Of a stretch of DNA of 64,000 nt, positions 44,208 to 55,893 are shown piece after piece (position 1 is the stretch's first letter; each line of letters opens with the position of its first letter). Under the pieces are notes generated by a model, which searched no databases, was not told the origin of the DNA, and saw only the letters and a list, made by a program, of their open reading frames with translations. The stretch spans positions 32,001 to 96,000 of the IMG/VR virus record IMGVR_UViG_3300028797_000005; one strand, 5' to 3'. A program made the position numbers and the translations under genes. This stretch comes from a virus (taxonomy: Duplodnaviria; Caudoviricetes).

Positions 44208-44586
44208 ATTCCATGATAATTGATTTGAGAGAAGCTGCTTCTTGAACGGTAATTTCAATACCATCAAGCTCATCAAGTGTAAATTTAATTTCTGGAATTT
44301 CAACTGGAGTACTGAGAAGGTCTGTCATATCGGCAGTATACTTTTCAGTATTTTCTTTTTCTACGATAAAATCTCCGGAATCATTAATAAATAAGCTGCC
44401 GTCTTCATTCTTATTGCAATACTTAAATAAGATTTCACGATACTTTTCTTGGAAGAACTTGAAATCCGACTCGAAAGAAGTTAAGAGCTTATTAAACTTA
44501 TAAGCTGTCTTAATCGGCATTTTATCATTACGATGCTCATTAAGAACTTGATTGATTGCCGCCATGTCATTCATTGTAATTTGCAT
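44206..44586 (-). CDS. Hypothetical phage protein (DUF1617-like)
   Basis: Helical, .P.K.AYK..K pattern; own promoter and RBS AAGGAG. Confidence 0.55.
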   Translation of the reverse strand: MQITMNDMAAINQVLNEHRNDKMPIKTAYKFNKLLTSFESDFKFFQEKYREILFKYCNKNEDGSLFINDSGDFIVEKENTEKYTADMTDLLSTPVEIPEIKFTLDELDGIEITVQEAASLKSIIME

Positions 44587-44620
44587 CTATCCATATCTCC
44601 TTATTATCTATTCTATATAT

Positions 44621-44649
44621 AGTATAGCAGATTTTTTAAAGAAATGCAA
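44621..44649 (-). promoter_or_regulatory. SigmaA promoter
   Basis: TTGCAT-N17-TATACT. Confidence 0.75.
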
Positions 44650-44652
44650 ATT

Positions 44653-45954
44653 TTATGAAGAAATTAATGTTGACCAAGCAGTAGCTTCGTCGGCCGAAAG
44701 ATAAAGTATAAAGTATTTATTACTTCCATTATAAAATCCAATACTTGGAATATTATCGGCATTTGTGCCATATCCGACTTTACTACCACTTTTATATAAT
44801 GAAATAGTATCTACTAAACTAGCATCAGTTGTTGAATTATCAACAATTAATGGTGCATTTTCAGTACAATCTTTAAGGCGAGTTACTGTAATAGTATGCT
44901 CACGCATTTGCATAATAGGTGTTGGAGGAGTAATTCTTGTCGTTAATGTAGTACCCAAGTATGCTTTTCCATTTTTCGAAGTAGTATTATTATATACTTG
45001 AATATAGAGATAATATGATGTTGATTGGTTTAATGCTTTAACAGATGCGCTTGTTCCATTTTTATAATAATAAGTAAGACCCTTTACCTCAACAATTAAA
45101 TTTGAATTGTCAGTATCAAAACTTACTTTAACATTATAAGGATCATAATTAGTAATTGATCCTCCACTATAATATGGAGTAAAAACTAAAGTTTGCCCAC
45201 TGCTAACATTATTAGTTGTCCCATTTTGAAAAAAACAATTTGGAAAAGCACTTTGCGATACACCAATTACTCCGCGGATAGTCGGATAAGGAGCATCACT
45301 TGGTAATTCTGATAAAGTCAATTTACTGGTACTAATAAAAATATCAGTAAAATATGTTGACCAGCCATTTAACATACCATAATCATACCAATAATGATAA
45401 TCATAAGTTTGCGGACCAGACTCTAATCTTGGGCCAGTCATTGTAAATTGATATTGAATACTTAAAGCATTATTTTCCCAACCAGCTGAATTTAACTTTG
45501 GTATTAAAGTTCCATAATAATAAGCATAAACTATTACCTTATTACTATAAACGACTTTCCCACTATAATCATCATTAACATATACTGTAAAACGAAACGC
45601 TGAATCACATTCAACTTGAGGAATATTAGTAGTCCAATAATTAGTATATCCACTTGTAGTTGCTTTTGTTAAAGTCACGTTAGTAGCTTTAGGTTTAAAA
45701 GAATTATTATACCTATAATGAACTACATTGTTACTATCTTTATAAGAAGAAATTGGACTTGCTTCTATATCACAAGTATAAGTAAATGAATAAGTTGAAG
45801 CTACTGTTTTATCTGTTGGAGGTTGAATATCAAGGTATACTGGAAAGCCCTGTAAATAGAATTGAGATTGTTTTGTTTTATATTCAGCTGAACTTGTGTC
45901 TGGAGAACCACCACTCTGTGGCACAATTACGTCTATTTCTGTATAAGTTGCCAT
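44653..45954 (-). CDS. Tail-associated beta-rich structural protein
   Basis: S/T/Y/N-rich 433 aa at the end of the tail operon. Confidence 0.6.
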   Translation of the reverse strand: MATYTEIDVIVPQSGGSPDTSSAEYKTKQSQFYLQGFPVYLDIQPPTDKTVASTYSFTYTCDIEASPISSYKDSNNVVHYRYNNSFKPKATNVTLTKATTSGYTNYWTTNIPQVECDSAFRFTVYVNDDYSGKVVYSNKVIVYAYYYGTLIPKLNSAGWENNALSIQYQFTMTGPRLESGPQTYDYHYWYDYGMLNGWSTYFTDIFISTSKLTLSELPSDAPYPTIRGVIGVSQSAFPNCFFQNGTTNNVSSGQTLVFTPYYSGGSITNYDPYNVKVSFDTDNSNLIVEVKGLTYYYKNGTSASVKALNQSTSYYLYIQVYNNTTSKNGKAYLGTTLTTRITPPTPIMQMREHTITVTRLKDCTENAPLIVDNSTTDASLVDTISLYKSGSKVGYGTNADNIPSIGFYNGSNKYFILYLSADEATAWSTLISS

Positions 45955-45967
45955 ATCTCACTTCCTT

Positions 45968-48289
45968 TTATGCCTTTAAAGGCAAAGTCACAGTTTTTCC
46001 AGTAACATTAGGTAACGCTGTTGCTGTTAAAGTTTTCGTCACAGTTTTTGTTAATGTCGTAGAAAAATTATTATTTGTATTACTGTAATTGGTCCAAGTT
46101 GTAGTTTTTGTACTAGCAAATAATTCTCGAACACTTACAACTATTTTTAAAGTATTATTTGCATTAATATTTATTGATGGCGTACTAATTGTGCTTATAG
46201 AATGATTATTCCAAGTTATTCCAGATATTTTATAACCATTTGTTGGTTTATATCCACTGTCACTACTTGTAATAGTAATAGTTAAATTTTTAACATTTGG
46301 ATTACCGCCATCTTCTGCTTTTACTTTACTAATAGTTTCTGTAGCAAATTTTGTATCATTTAAATAGAAATCTATTGTTGCCTGATAAACTTGAAGACCT
46401 ACATTAAATGAATATGTACCTTCTACTCGATTAATATTAGAATTTGGAACAATAAAAAATTCACTATCTGTCATATTTAAACTACTTGTTAATCCGCTAC
46501 TAATTTGTACCGCTAGATAAAAACTTGAATCAGTAATCGTTCCACTTTTTAATAAAACACCAGTGCTTTTTTCATATATAGAATAAGATACATTGTAAGT
46601 TTTTGAACGAGTTAGCGTAGAAACATTCAAACTTGTTGTACTATTGGCAGTTGTTGGCGTGACTGTTTTTGTAACAGAACTACAAGTAAATACATATTTT
46701 AATTTTTGTGCTGCAGTATCAGTAGTATTAATTATTTGAATACCAACAGATGAGTTAATACATCTCCCCAATGGAGAACCTCCATTGTATCTATAAAGTG
46801 TAGTAGTCCAATTCATTGTAGGAATAGCATAACTAGGAAATTCAATAGATAAGTTTTTTACACTTGTATATACAGTATCAAATCCATTAATCGAATGAGA
46901 AGCTTTAAAATAAACTTTACTACTGATACTACTAGGATTACCTAATTTACTAATAATAGCAGATCGTGTTATACCGCTAGTAAACATTATACCATTATTG
47001 CCAGTATAAGTTGAATTTACTAATTCTTTAAATCCAGAAGATGAAGAATAGCTAATATATAATTTAACTGTCGTTGTTACTCCAGAATATGGACTATATC
47101 CATCAATAAGAACTGGCGGAACATTAACAACTAAAGATATATCATTATAAGGTATTATTGTACTTCCATCAAAATTTAACGCTGGAGCTGATAATGTTTT
47201 TCCACATTGATAAGTCTTACTTGTTGAAGTTGTGGCAAAACCGTCGTTTACTTTAGCATATAAAGTAACATTAGAACCCGCGCGACTAGTCAATAAACTA
47301 GCAACATTTTTTATATATGTAAAAGTATTTGTATAAGTTCCAGTTGAACTGTTTTCCCAATCAGTAGAACTAGAAGAAGTAGTAAGCGAAAATCTTAAAT
47401 ATGAGTTACCATTATTATAATAACTTGTGCTAGTGTCTTTTGCACTAATTTTAACATTAACAGTGCTTCCAAGAGTTAATGGAGAAGATGTATTAAAAGT
47501 TGGAGCATCTGGAGTTGAATTCATCGTTTGGAACCCTTGAGTAGCTACCGTAGTATCCCAAACTGCAGTTTCAACTACTTCCACCGTATCACCCATTTTT
47601 CCAGTAGCAATTACTTTTAATTTTACAGCATCTCCTGCCGCAACAGATCCTCCATACGGGACTTCAGCATAACTATTGCTTCCAAATACGCTTGCTGCAA
47701 ATTCATTTTGTTTAGTCCATCCCAACCATTTAGAAGTTGATTTTTGATACCTATTATAATAAGTTGTATATTTAGAAATTGCGTTACTAGTGCCATCTGT
47801 ACCTTTATATATATACCATTTAATATCACTAGCACTTCCGCGCCACGGATATGTTGTTATTTTTGGCTTCGGTGCCTTACTGTAACTAATTCCCGTCCAT
47901 CCTACTGGAAAAGTAATTGCTTCTTCTGCACTACCTGAGCTAGCATTATTAGTATGATTAATAGTAACTCTCATACCGACACTTGTTTGGTTTGCATTTA
48001 CAGAAAAACTCTGTTCGTAACTCGCAGCCCTATTAAAAATACTTGAGCCACTATCACTAGCTTTAATAACTATACTTTTCTTTACATCTCCGCCCCACAC
48101 TAGCGTACAATTAATAGCATAAGTTGAATTAAAAGAGTATGGGCCAGAATCTGTCGTTACTTTTCCAGTCACAGTTACGGTATTACCACTCCGGGTGGTT
48201 GACCATGCGGCCGTCGCACCCAGAGAGTAATCATAACCGCCGGCGGAAATTGGAATATTTGTTATTCTAATTGATCCGCTTGCCATCAT
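45968..48289 (-). CDS. Tail-associated protein with Ig/FN3-like repeats
   Basis: 773 aa, S/T-rich beta protein directly after the large tail protein. Confidence 0.6.
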   Translation of the reverse strand: MMASGSIRITNIPISAGGYDYSLGATAAWSTTRSGNTVTVTGKVTTDSGPYSFNSTYAINCTLVWGGDVKKSIVIKASDSGSSIFNRAASYEQSFSVNANQTSVGMRVTINHTNNASSGSAEEAITFPVGWTGISYSKAPKPKITTYPWRGSASDIKWYIYKGTDGTSNAISKYTTYYNRYQKSTSKWLGWTKQNEFAASVFGSNSYAEVPYGGSVAAGDAVKLKVIATGKMGDTVEVVETAVWDTTVATQGFQTMNSTPDAPTFNTSSPLTLGSTVNVKISAKDTSTSYYNNGNSYLRFSLTTSSSSTDWENSSTGTYTNTFTYIKNVASLLTSRAGSNVTLYAKVNDGFATTSTSKTYQCGKTLSAPALNFDGSTIIPYNDISLVVNVPPVLIDGYSPYSGVTTTVKLYISYSSSSGFKELVNSTYTGNNGIMFTSGITRSAIISKLGNPSSISSKVYFKASHSINGFDTVYTSVKNLSIEFPSYAIPTMNWTTTLYRYNGGSPLGRCINSSVGIQIINTTDTAAQKLKYVFTCSSVTKTVTPTTANSTTSLNVSTLTRSKTYNVSYSIYEKSTGVLLKSGTITDSSFYLAVQISSGLTSSLNMTDSEFFIVPNSNINRVEGTYSFNVGLQVYQATIDFYLNDTKFATETISKVKAEDGGNPNVKNLTITITSSDSGYKPTNGYKISGITWNNHSISTISTPSININANNTLKIVVSVRELFASTKTTTWTNYSNTNNNFSTTLTKTVTKTLTATALPNVTGKTVTLPLKA

Positions 48290-51200
48290 TCGCCTCCTAT
48301 GTAGTTGAAGGTAATCCCATTATTTTCTATTTCAATTTGTATTTTATCAGAGAAATTTAATACATCTTTAGTCTGCGAGCCGACTATAACACTATTCTTA
48401 GTATCATTATGTATAATCATAGCTGACTGACCAGTTGCATTAGCAAAAGTAAAGGTATTTGTAACAGCACCAATAATTTCTGTATTATTTAAATCACCTA
48501 AGTAGATATGTCCGATAGAAAATAATTTATTATTTTCATCAGATGGATTCCAAAGAGCATCGGCAATAGTATCATAGTTAGCATTGTTAATATTTATGCT
48601 ACTAGAATCATCAGAATCGCCACCAATAGGAATAGAATATTTCGTGAATGTAATATGATCACTATTTAAATTAATACCATATATTGGGCTAGGATTTGGA
48701 TTTGTTAATACATTATAAAAAGAATTATCAGAAGCAGCCCAAAGCTGTAAATTTGTTGCACTTATACGAGGCTGAATCGTTTGAAGATCTTTCGTTCTAT
48801 CTAATATTGTAAATATTGGGAACGGACAAGCATTATCTCTCCAATAACCTTTTTTAATGAAATCCGCTTGATTAGTATTATCATTCCAATAATCATACCC
48901 ATATTTAGTATATTCGGTCGCAGTATAAAGATCAGGACTATATATCCAATTATCATTATCATCTTTATAAAATCCATTATAATATCTTGAAAATATCGTC
49001 AATGAATCCCACATATTTAATCCGTATCTATTGAAATCAGCGATATAATTATGAACATCAGTATCAATATTCGAATTATCTATATCATCTCCAGCCCAAG
49101 CATAATAGAAATGACTAAAATCTGGAGTTTCCTTATTTCCTAATAATACACCAGATGCTTTAATATGACCAGAAAATTCACTATCAGAAGCTTCAATTTT
49201 ACCTTTAAACACGCCTTGACTGGCATATAAAGTACCATCTTGAGTTACAATAAATGGAGCATTTTGCATATCTGCATAACCTGCACCTGCCCAAATACGA
49301 ACCTCACTTCCAGTCCCTTTTGTAACTTTTTCTTTTTGATCTACATCGCCAGTTCCATCCCAACTAGCAAGAACTTGTAACTCTTCATTAGTAATACCGG
49401 CTTTTGGCAAGTATACACGCCCTTCAATGAAAGCACTTTGGCTATATAATCCATAATAAGTTTGCTCTTCTAATATGCTTTTAAATATACTATTTTCACT
49501 AATTCTAGTCGGATCAAGGAACCCAATCATTGTAGATTTAAAGCTATCGCCATCATTACTTGTCATATAAATAGTAGATCCAGCTGGTTGCATAGCTGAC
49601 AATGAAATACTATTATGAGTAAGATTAATATTAATAAGAGAAGTACCTTTCGGTAATGTTGCATAACTTCTTCCATCTATAAACTCTGGAACTATATGAT
49701 AAATACGATTAAGTGCTTGTGCCACATCACTTTCATTGCTAGGAGCATCATGAAGAATTAAATAATTTTTATCTATTTCTTCTACGGCAATATCCCATTG
49801 TTCAGTTAAAACTTGATATGTTCCTCTCCAAGAAAAATGTAGAATTTTAGTAACGTCATCATAGGAATACTCTTGATTAGAAACAGACATCTCCTGGGTA
49901 GAAACCCAAATGTGTTCATCATTACCATCCCATAAAGGAAGTTCGCCAGAAGGAACCCATTTATCATTCGTTGTATTATATTGTAAAAATAATATTTTTT
50001 CTATAATTGCGCCGTCTTCATCAACCCCACCGTTAAATATTATCTTATATTCAGTTACAATCTGTTGATTATTTTCCATAGAAATAACAGAAGGCTTAAT
50101 TGATAATATTTCTGGAGGGTTTGGATCAATCTGAGGATTTATTGACGTAGGCGATCTAGTAATAGACCATGTATTAATTGAAGAATCATTTAAATCATCT
50201 TTAATTGTAATAATACTACCATGTATATATACTTCTTCTGAAACTTGACCTTCTAATTCCGATTCCTTTTCTACCAATACGCTAACTAAAACATCGTCTC
50301 CATCATGCCACAAATCTAAATCTGTTGAGACGGTTTCAAAACCATTCTTTCCATCAATAATAACGGTTGAAATACATTCTTCTACCAAAAAAGCGCTAGG
50401 AGTAATAGCAATATTACCACCGACAGCTGAAATTTTATCATATTCAAATACTGTTGTAGCAATTTTCCCTCTTGCTTTTACATTATTAAACTCAGCGCTG
50501 CCATCTTTATTAACCCACCATACATCACCAAAATCATTATTAGCATAAATTCTACCATTGTCTCCGTCGATGACAATTCTATTTGAATCATCTTCTCCGT
50601 GTACTTTTAATGCACCAGTTAGATCTAATCCATTAGCAAATAACGTGCCTGCCATTTCAATAGATCCGTTATCTCGAACGCCAAAGATAAGATTTTTATT
50701 ATTAATTTCAGTATTTGGATTATAAACTGTAAAGAAATAAGAAGTATAATTTTCATTCTCATCAATAATTTGATTTGGTCCAACTACTATATTATAATAA
50801 TCACCATAATTTAATGCAGTAGATTGCGTAAAGTCTGGATGACCAATTCCATACCAATTAGTATTTCTAACAAGGAATAATTTTTCACCATAGAAATATC
50901 CTCGATTATCTACAGCAAAGTCTCCAGCATGAATATTAATGTAAACTAAACCGGCATCAGACTCACCACTTCTTCCTTCTATACCAGTATTAGCACCAAT
51001 ATAACTTGTAATTGAACTGTTATCCTCTGGAGAATTATTTAAAAATAATCTATTGATTCTTCCTTGATTTGCAAAAATAGTCCCCTCAATGGTACTATTC
51101 CCACGAATCATTGAATCATTTGCAATCATTTGACCATTTGGAGAAACAGAAAAAGTTGGCTCTGTACTATCACCATTTCCTGCATAAAATACATATGCAG

Positions 51201-54200
51201 AATTAGAATCGCCATTTATTCCAGCAGTATTGCCGATTTTGATTGCACCAGAGAAATATCCATCAGTTGCATTAATAGTACCAGTAATATTTGCTCGTTT
51301 AGCTATAAAAGTTCCATCTGCATGAATTTTAAACGGCGCTTTTTCATATTCAGATGATTTTGTGGTCTCAAACGCTGGAGAATAACCGGCATAAAATACT
51401 ATTGGATTATCGCCAATACCATCTCCATTAAGACCAACATACGGCATGATAGTTTCGGTGATTATATAATGTGTGAAATAAAAACCATTACTAATTGGAA
51501 TAGGATTAATTTCTTGTTGAGAGAACTGATCAATTTGACGACTTGTCCAATAAGTATTGGATTCAGCATCATAGTTCCAATCATTAGAAGGCGTATGGCT
51601 GTCTGCTCCGACATTAAATTCTATAACTGGATTATTGAAATCATTCGTTATATTAGCAACTGTAACGACAGTATTTGGTGCCGGAGTATTTTTTAAAGTA
51701 ATCCTATAAATAACATAATCAATATAACCGCCAAACTCATCATTAACTCTATTATAAGTCTTTAAGATATATGCTGTTTCTTCTACTTGATGGGTATAAT
51801 TTCTTTCAGCTCCAAATTCACCAACTCTTAATTGATTCCTTAAAATTAAATTACCAGTATTACTAGTCTCCATTGTAATATAACCATCATTATTACGAAG
51901 ACGTAATCCATATACTGGACTAACTGCGGAATAAGGAAGACCAAGCCGGCCAAGTGTTACTAGTGGAACAGCATCGTTTTTCGTATATTTTTCACCAAGA
52001 CCATCATAAATATAATCATATGATTTTAATGTAGCAAGTGGCCATTTAACTCCAGAGTAAATTTCAAGACCACGCTGCGGATCAAGCTTTAAATTACCGT
52101 TATCAGAATTAAGATATAGACCGTCCCAAGTAAGGAAAAAAGTTGTATAATCTTTAATAGCCTTAATTTTTTCAGCTTCATTTTTATCACCAATTAAATT
52201 AAGCGCGGTATCAATTTGTTCCCCTTTACTAGTTCCATAGATACCAAGATTGTTGTATCTTACATATACTTGACCATCAATACCTTGATTTTTATTAGAC
52301 GCATTTTTAAGATAAGCATTGAGTCCTGCTGCATCCCAGGTAAAAGCATAATCATTAGCAGCTGATGTAATATTAATAGTATCTACATCAATTTGACCAA
52401 CTAAACTATTAATTGTAACTCCTGTATAAAGATTTTCGCCCATGTTTACAGTAAAACCAGATGTAGTTGTAACTGACTCAATTTTTTGACTAGTTGTATT
52501 AATTTTATTTAATGCTTCTAATACTTTATTAACTTTTAATTGACCAGTTTCATCTACAAGATTTGCTGCCCGTTGATAGCCACCAGAATTAAAACTTAAA
52601 GTTTGTGTCGCTGCCGTTAATTTTGAAAATAAATCTTTCCATTGATTACGATAAGTTTGAACAGTAATTTTAGATTTACTTGCATCATCAAAATTTCTAG
52701 TCCTTTCAGAAATAATAACTTCTTTCTTAAAAGGAGTTTTCCAATTTCCAAGATCTTCAACACCTTGAGAGTCTGTATAGATCCACCCAAAGAAATCAGT
52801 ATCTTCTAAATAAGTCCGCTGGCCAACTTTAAAAGTATACCCTGCATATTTTTTAATACCACTAATGTCCACAACACTAATCGTATAAGTAACTTTTGGA
52901 TAAGCTGATTGGGCTAAAATCTTTTTAGCATCAAAGAAATAACTATTATCATTTATATAGCTGCTGTCTGACCAAGTACCCTCTTGAATAAATCTGCTAT
53001 ATTTTTTATAAAATTGCTCATCTAATATGCGCTTGTCATCAGATAATACCAAGGATTTATTATATAATGTTTTACTAGCTTTAGTTTTAGTAGAGGTTTC
53101 CCAATATTTATCATCATTTCCACCAGTGGGCTTTTTATTAACGTTGGTTTGCTTTGCCTTATAAAATTGACTACCAATTCTAACAAATGTACCTTCTGAA
53201 TAACTATTTGCACTATTCCAAAATCCTTGATATGTAATAGTTTTATCAGAATTGCCATAAACCTTTTTATAACATTCATTAGCTTTATCAAGATAGCCAT
53301 TCAAACCTTTCTGAAAACTATTTTTTCTAGCCTTCATTGTCTTTAAAGTTTGCTCTAATCCTTCTTTATATGGTGTATTATCTAATCCTTCAGCCGACTC
53401 TACTAAACGTTGTTGCTCATCAATTTCTGAACTTAAGCTAAGCATTGCTGCAGAATATTGATTATAATATTCTTCATAACGATCGCCGTCTGTAATAATA
53501 GTTTGAATCTTTTCATTAAGTGGAAGAAGATCTTTATTAATTTTCCCCAGTTTTGCTAAATAACCATTTTTAGCATTATATAAATCATAAGTCATCTGAC
53601 TTTGACTTAATAATCCTTGATTCACGTAATAGTCAAAATTAAATAAATTTCTTTCTCCACTAATATTGTCTGATGCCCTTACGATAGAACAAATGCCATC
53701 TTTTGCAAATTCATTAACATTATCATTAACAATAATTTTAGTTGAAATTGAATCACTTACAGTGTTACGCTTGATATCATCAACATTAATACCGTATTTA
53801 AAACCAGCCCAATTTTCTTGGTCAAATGGAGAAAATTTAGAAAAAATAACTTGTTTTTTTGGCTGTCCATTTACTTTAAATATCTTTCCATCTTTTTGAT
53901 GCGCAACTCTATAACCAACCCATACTTCAAATAATTCTGCTAAGCTATTAATATTATTAAAATAATTACTCTTTTCAATCTCTAAGTGTCTAACAGCCGC
54001 ATAATTTGATCTTTTGCATACCTGATAATTGTTTGGCTTAGCTGGAAGAATAACTGTATTCCCATTATTAACAGTATAAAAATGCGTTTCTACATTATAG
54101 GTTGCTTCTGGTAAATCTCCTGGGAATAATGGAATCATATGTCCATTATATTGTTGTTCTTTATATTCAAAAAATTGAATATCTTCAAATAGCCAAGATG

Positions 54201-55884
54201 CCTGAGAATTATTTTTTGTAGTTGAAATAGTAACTCCAACTGGATGCATATTTGTCGCTGATATACTTTCTCCAGCTTGAAGAATAACATAAGTATATCC
54301 AGCTTCATCAGCATGACATTTATTTATAGTGATTAATCTTTCTTCTTTTTTAACTGGAGTTACAAAACCATATCCTGTATAATTACTCGCTGTTGATTCT
54401 GACGTATTTGGATATTTAACCAAAAATTTCATACCTTTAATAAATCCATAATTAGAATCAGAATCAGCTCTTTTATTCCAATCACGAATACCTACATATA
54501 GTTTACCTTCAGTCGGAAGTGTTAAATCAACTTCATTTTTAGGATTAACTTTCCCTTTGTTTAAATTAACAGCTCTTGCCCTAAATCTAATAACATATTT
54601 TTTATTTTCTTCAATAGTAATATGTCTATCTATTAAACCACTATTCCAAACCCTAGTAGTTTTCTTACTGTTATTCTTAATAATTAAACAATTTTTTGCA
54701 TATCCGCTAGCTTTTGTAGAATTAGGATAGGTAATTAAATCTTTAGCATCTACATCATCGTCACTAAGCCAACCAGTAGTTGATACAAAATTTGAACTAT
54801 TAGTTACGTAATTTTGAACGCTTTCTGAATTTAAATATTCAGCTGTTTCATATCCGTATACAACTGCGCCAACTTTCGCGCCATTTACTGATTTAATTAC
54901 CTTATAATCAGTAACGTATCTATTATTAACTGACTCATAATGAGTTACATTTGATTCAACAATTCTTTTACCTTGAATACCAGAATCTAATGGTGTCCAA
55001 ACTAAATCAGTACTAATTCCATTTGTATCAGTAACTAAATAGTTATATTCATCATTTTCATCAATAATTACTCTTTCGTCATCAGCATCGTCAGTAGAAA
55101 AACCATCTTCTTTATAATACACTTGTGGTTTATCAGTCGTTAAATGCCATTCTCCATCAATATTTTCTAATTCGCTATAAAAAGCGTAAAGCTTTAATTG
55201 ATTTACTTTTTTACCCGCTCCCGTATTATTCCCAACCATTTTGGTAATGCTAACTTTAGTATTTGCTTGAGTCTGAACTGGAATAAATAAAATCTCTTTA
55301 CTATATTCTTTTGGAATATAGTTACTGCCAATTGTCCAACCGCTGTGTTCTAAGATTCTTGCGGCTAATTCATTTAAAGTGCCATAATTATTTTCAAGTT
55401 CAGTTTTTAGGGTAGTAGCATAACCATTTTTTCCTAGTTCTGTCACATAAGCTTCTTTACAGGTAAAAGTATTGACATAGCTTTTCTTATTTTCATCAAC
55501 TGTTTTAATAAGAAAATCTATCCATCTATCTTCTTTATCTTCTTGAATAGGAATTGTATCGTCATATACTCCTTTATCATTATAAAAATTATATGGTTCT
55601 CCAATTCTTAATTTTATTTTTCTCTCATTCGTAAGGATAGGAATAAATGGATTATCCATTAACTCACCTTTATCATTACGATATTTTCGAAGAATATTAA
55701 AGGTTAAAGTTTTTTCTCCATTAATATTTTCTGTTAAAGTAACATTATATGCTTTAATTGGAGAATCCCATCCACTAGCTCCTATAATAGCAATCTTTTG
55801 TTCATCTAGATATTCTTCATTTTTAGAAAGCACAACATCTTCCCATACAGAAAGTTCATATTTTTCTATAATATTATTTTCCAT
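48286..55884 (-). CDS. Large baseplate hub/tail spike (Tal-like, host-specificity) protein
   Basis: 2532 aa after Dit. ENINGEKTLTF N-terminus, coiled coil, repeated APF.V..DG...A..G.F.G.I.A spike motifs. Confidence 0.8.
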   Translation of the reverse strand: MENNIIEKYELSVWEDVVLSKNEEYLDEQKIAIIGASGWDSPIKAYNVTLTENINGEKTLTFNILRKYRNDKGELMDNPFIPILTNERKIKLRIGEPYNFYNDKGVYDDTIPIQEDKEDRWIDFLIKTVDENKKSYVNTFTCKEAYVTELGKNGYATTLKTELENNYGTLNELAARILEHSGWTIGSNYIPKEYSKEILFIPVQTQANTKVSITKMVGNNTGAGKKVNQLKLYAFYSELENIDGEWHLTTDKPQVYYKEDGFSTDDADDERVIIDENDEYNYLVTDTNGISTDLVWTPLDSGIQGKRIVESNVTHYESVNNRYVTDYKVIKSVNGAKVGAVVYGYETAEYLNSESVQNYVTNSSNFVSTTGWLSDDDVDAKDLITYPNSTKASGYAKNCLIIKNNSKKTTRVWNSGLIDRHITIEENKKYVIRFRARAVNLNKGKVNPKNEVDLTLPTEGKLYVGIRDWNKRADSDSNYGFIKGMKFLVKYPNTSESTASNYTGYGFVTPVKKEERLITINKCHADEAGYTYVILQAGESISATNMHPVGVTISTTKNNSQASWLFEDIQFFEYKEQQYNGHMIPLFPGDLPEATYNVETHFYTVNNGNTVILPAKPNNYQVCKRSNYAAVRHLEIEKSNYFNNINSLAELFEVWVGYRVAHQKDGKIFKVNGQPKKQVIFSKFSPFDQENWAGFKYGINVDDIKRNTVSDSISTKIIVNDNVNEFAKDGICSIVRASDNISGERNLFNFDYYVNQGLLSQSQMTYDLYNAKNGYLAKLGKINKDLLPLNEKIQTIITDGDRYEEYYNQYSAAMLSLSSEIDEQQRLVESAEGLDNTPYKEGLEQTLKTMKARKNSFQKGLNGYLDKANECYKKVYGNSDKTITYQGFWNSANSYSEGTFVRIGSQFYKAKQTNVNKKPTGGNDDKYWETSTKTKASKTLYNKSLVLSDDKRILDEQFYKKYSRFIQEGTWSDSSYINDNSYFFDAKKILAQSAYPKVTYTISVVDISGIKKYAGYTFKVGQRTYLEDTDFFGWIYTDSQGVEDLGNWKTPFKKEVIISERTRNFDDASKSKITVQTYRNQWKDLFSKLTAATQTLSFNSGGYQRAANLVDETGQLKVNKVLEALNKINTTSQKIESVTTTSGFTVNMGENLYTGVTINSLVGQIDVDTINITSAANDYAFTWDAAGLNAYLKNASNKNQGIDGQVYVRYNNLGIYGTSKGEQIDTALNLIGDKNEAEKIKAIKDYTTFFLTWDGLYLNSDNGNLKLDPQRGLEIYSGVKWPLATLKSYDYIYDGLGEKYTKNDAVPLVTLGRLGLPYSAVSPVYGLRLRNNDGYITMETSNTGNLILRNQLRVGEFGAERNYTHQVEETAYILKTYNRVNDEFGGYIDYVIYRITLKNTPAPNTVVTVANITNDFNNPVIEFNVGADSHTPSNDWNYDAESNTYWTSRQIDQFSQQEINPIPISNGFYFTHYIITETIMPYVGLNGDGIGDNPIVFYAGYSPAFETTKSSEYEKAPFKIHADGTFIAKRANITGTINATDGYFSGAIKIGNTAGINGDSNSAYVFYAGNGDSTEPTFSVSPNGQMIANDSMIRGNSTIEGTIFANQGRINRLFLNNSPEDNSSITSYIGANTGIEGRSGESDAGLVYINIHAGDFAVDNRGYFYGEKLFLVRNTNWYGIGHPDFTQSTALNYGDYYNIVVGPNQIIDENENYTSYFFTVYNPNTEINNKNLIFGVRDNGSIEMAGTLFANGLDLTGALKVHGEDDSNRIVIDGDNGRIYANNDFGDVWWVNKDGSAEFNNVKARGKIATTVFEYDKISAVGGNIAITPSAFLVEECISTVIIDGKNGFETVSTDLDLWHDGDDVLVSVLVEKESELEGQVSEEVYIHGSIITIKDDLNDSSINTWSITRSPTSINPQIDPNPPEILSIKPSVISMENNQQIVTEYKIIFNGGVDEDGAIIEKILFLQYNTTNDKWVPSGELPLWDGNDEHIWVSTQEMSVSNQEYSYDDVTKILHFSWRGTYQVLTEQWDIAVEEIDKNYLILHDAPSNESDVAQALNRIYHIVPEFIDGRSYATLPKGTSLININLTHNSISLSAMQPAGSTIYMTSNDGDSFKSTMIGFLDPTRISENSIFKSILEEQTYYGLYSQSAFIEGRVYLPKAGITNEELQVLASWDGTGDVDQKEKVTKGTGSEVRIWAGAGYADMQNAPFIVTQDGTLYASQGVFKGKIEASDSEFSGHIKASGVLLGNKETPDFSHFYYAWAGDDIDNSNIDTDVHNYIADFNRYGLNMWDSLTIFSRYYNGFYKDDNDNWIYSPDLYTATEYTKYGYDYWNDNTNQADFIKKGYWRDNACPFPIFTILDRTKDLQTIQPRISATNLQLWAASDNSFYNVLTNPNPSPIYGINLNSDHITFTKYSIPIGGDSDDSSSININNANYDTIADALWNPSDENNKLFSIGHIYLGDLNNTEIIGAVTNTFTFANATGQSAMIIHNDTKNSVIVGSQTKDVLNFSDKIQIEIENNGITFNYIGGE

Positions 55885-55893
55885 ATGTGCCTC

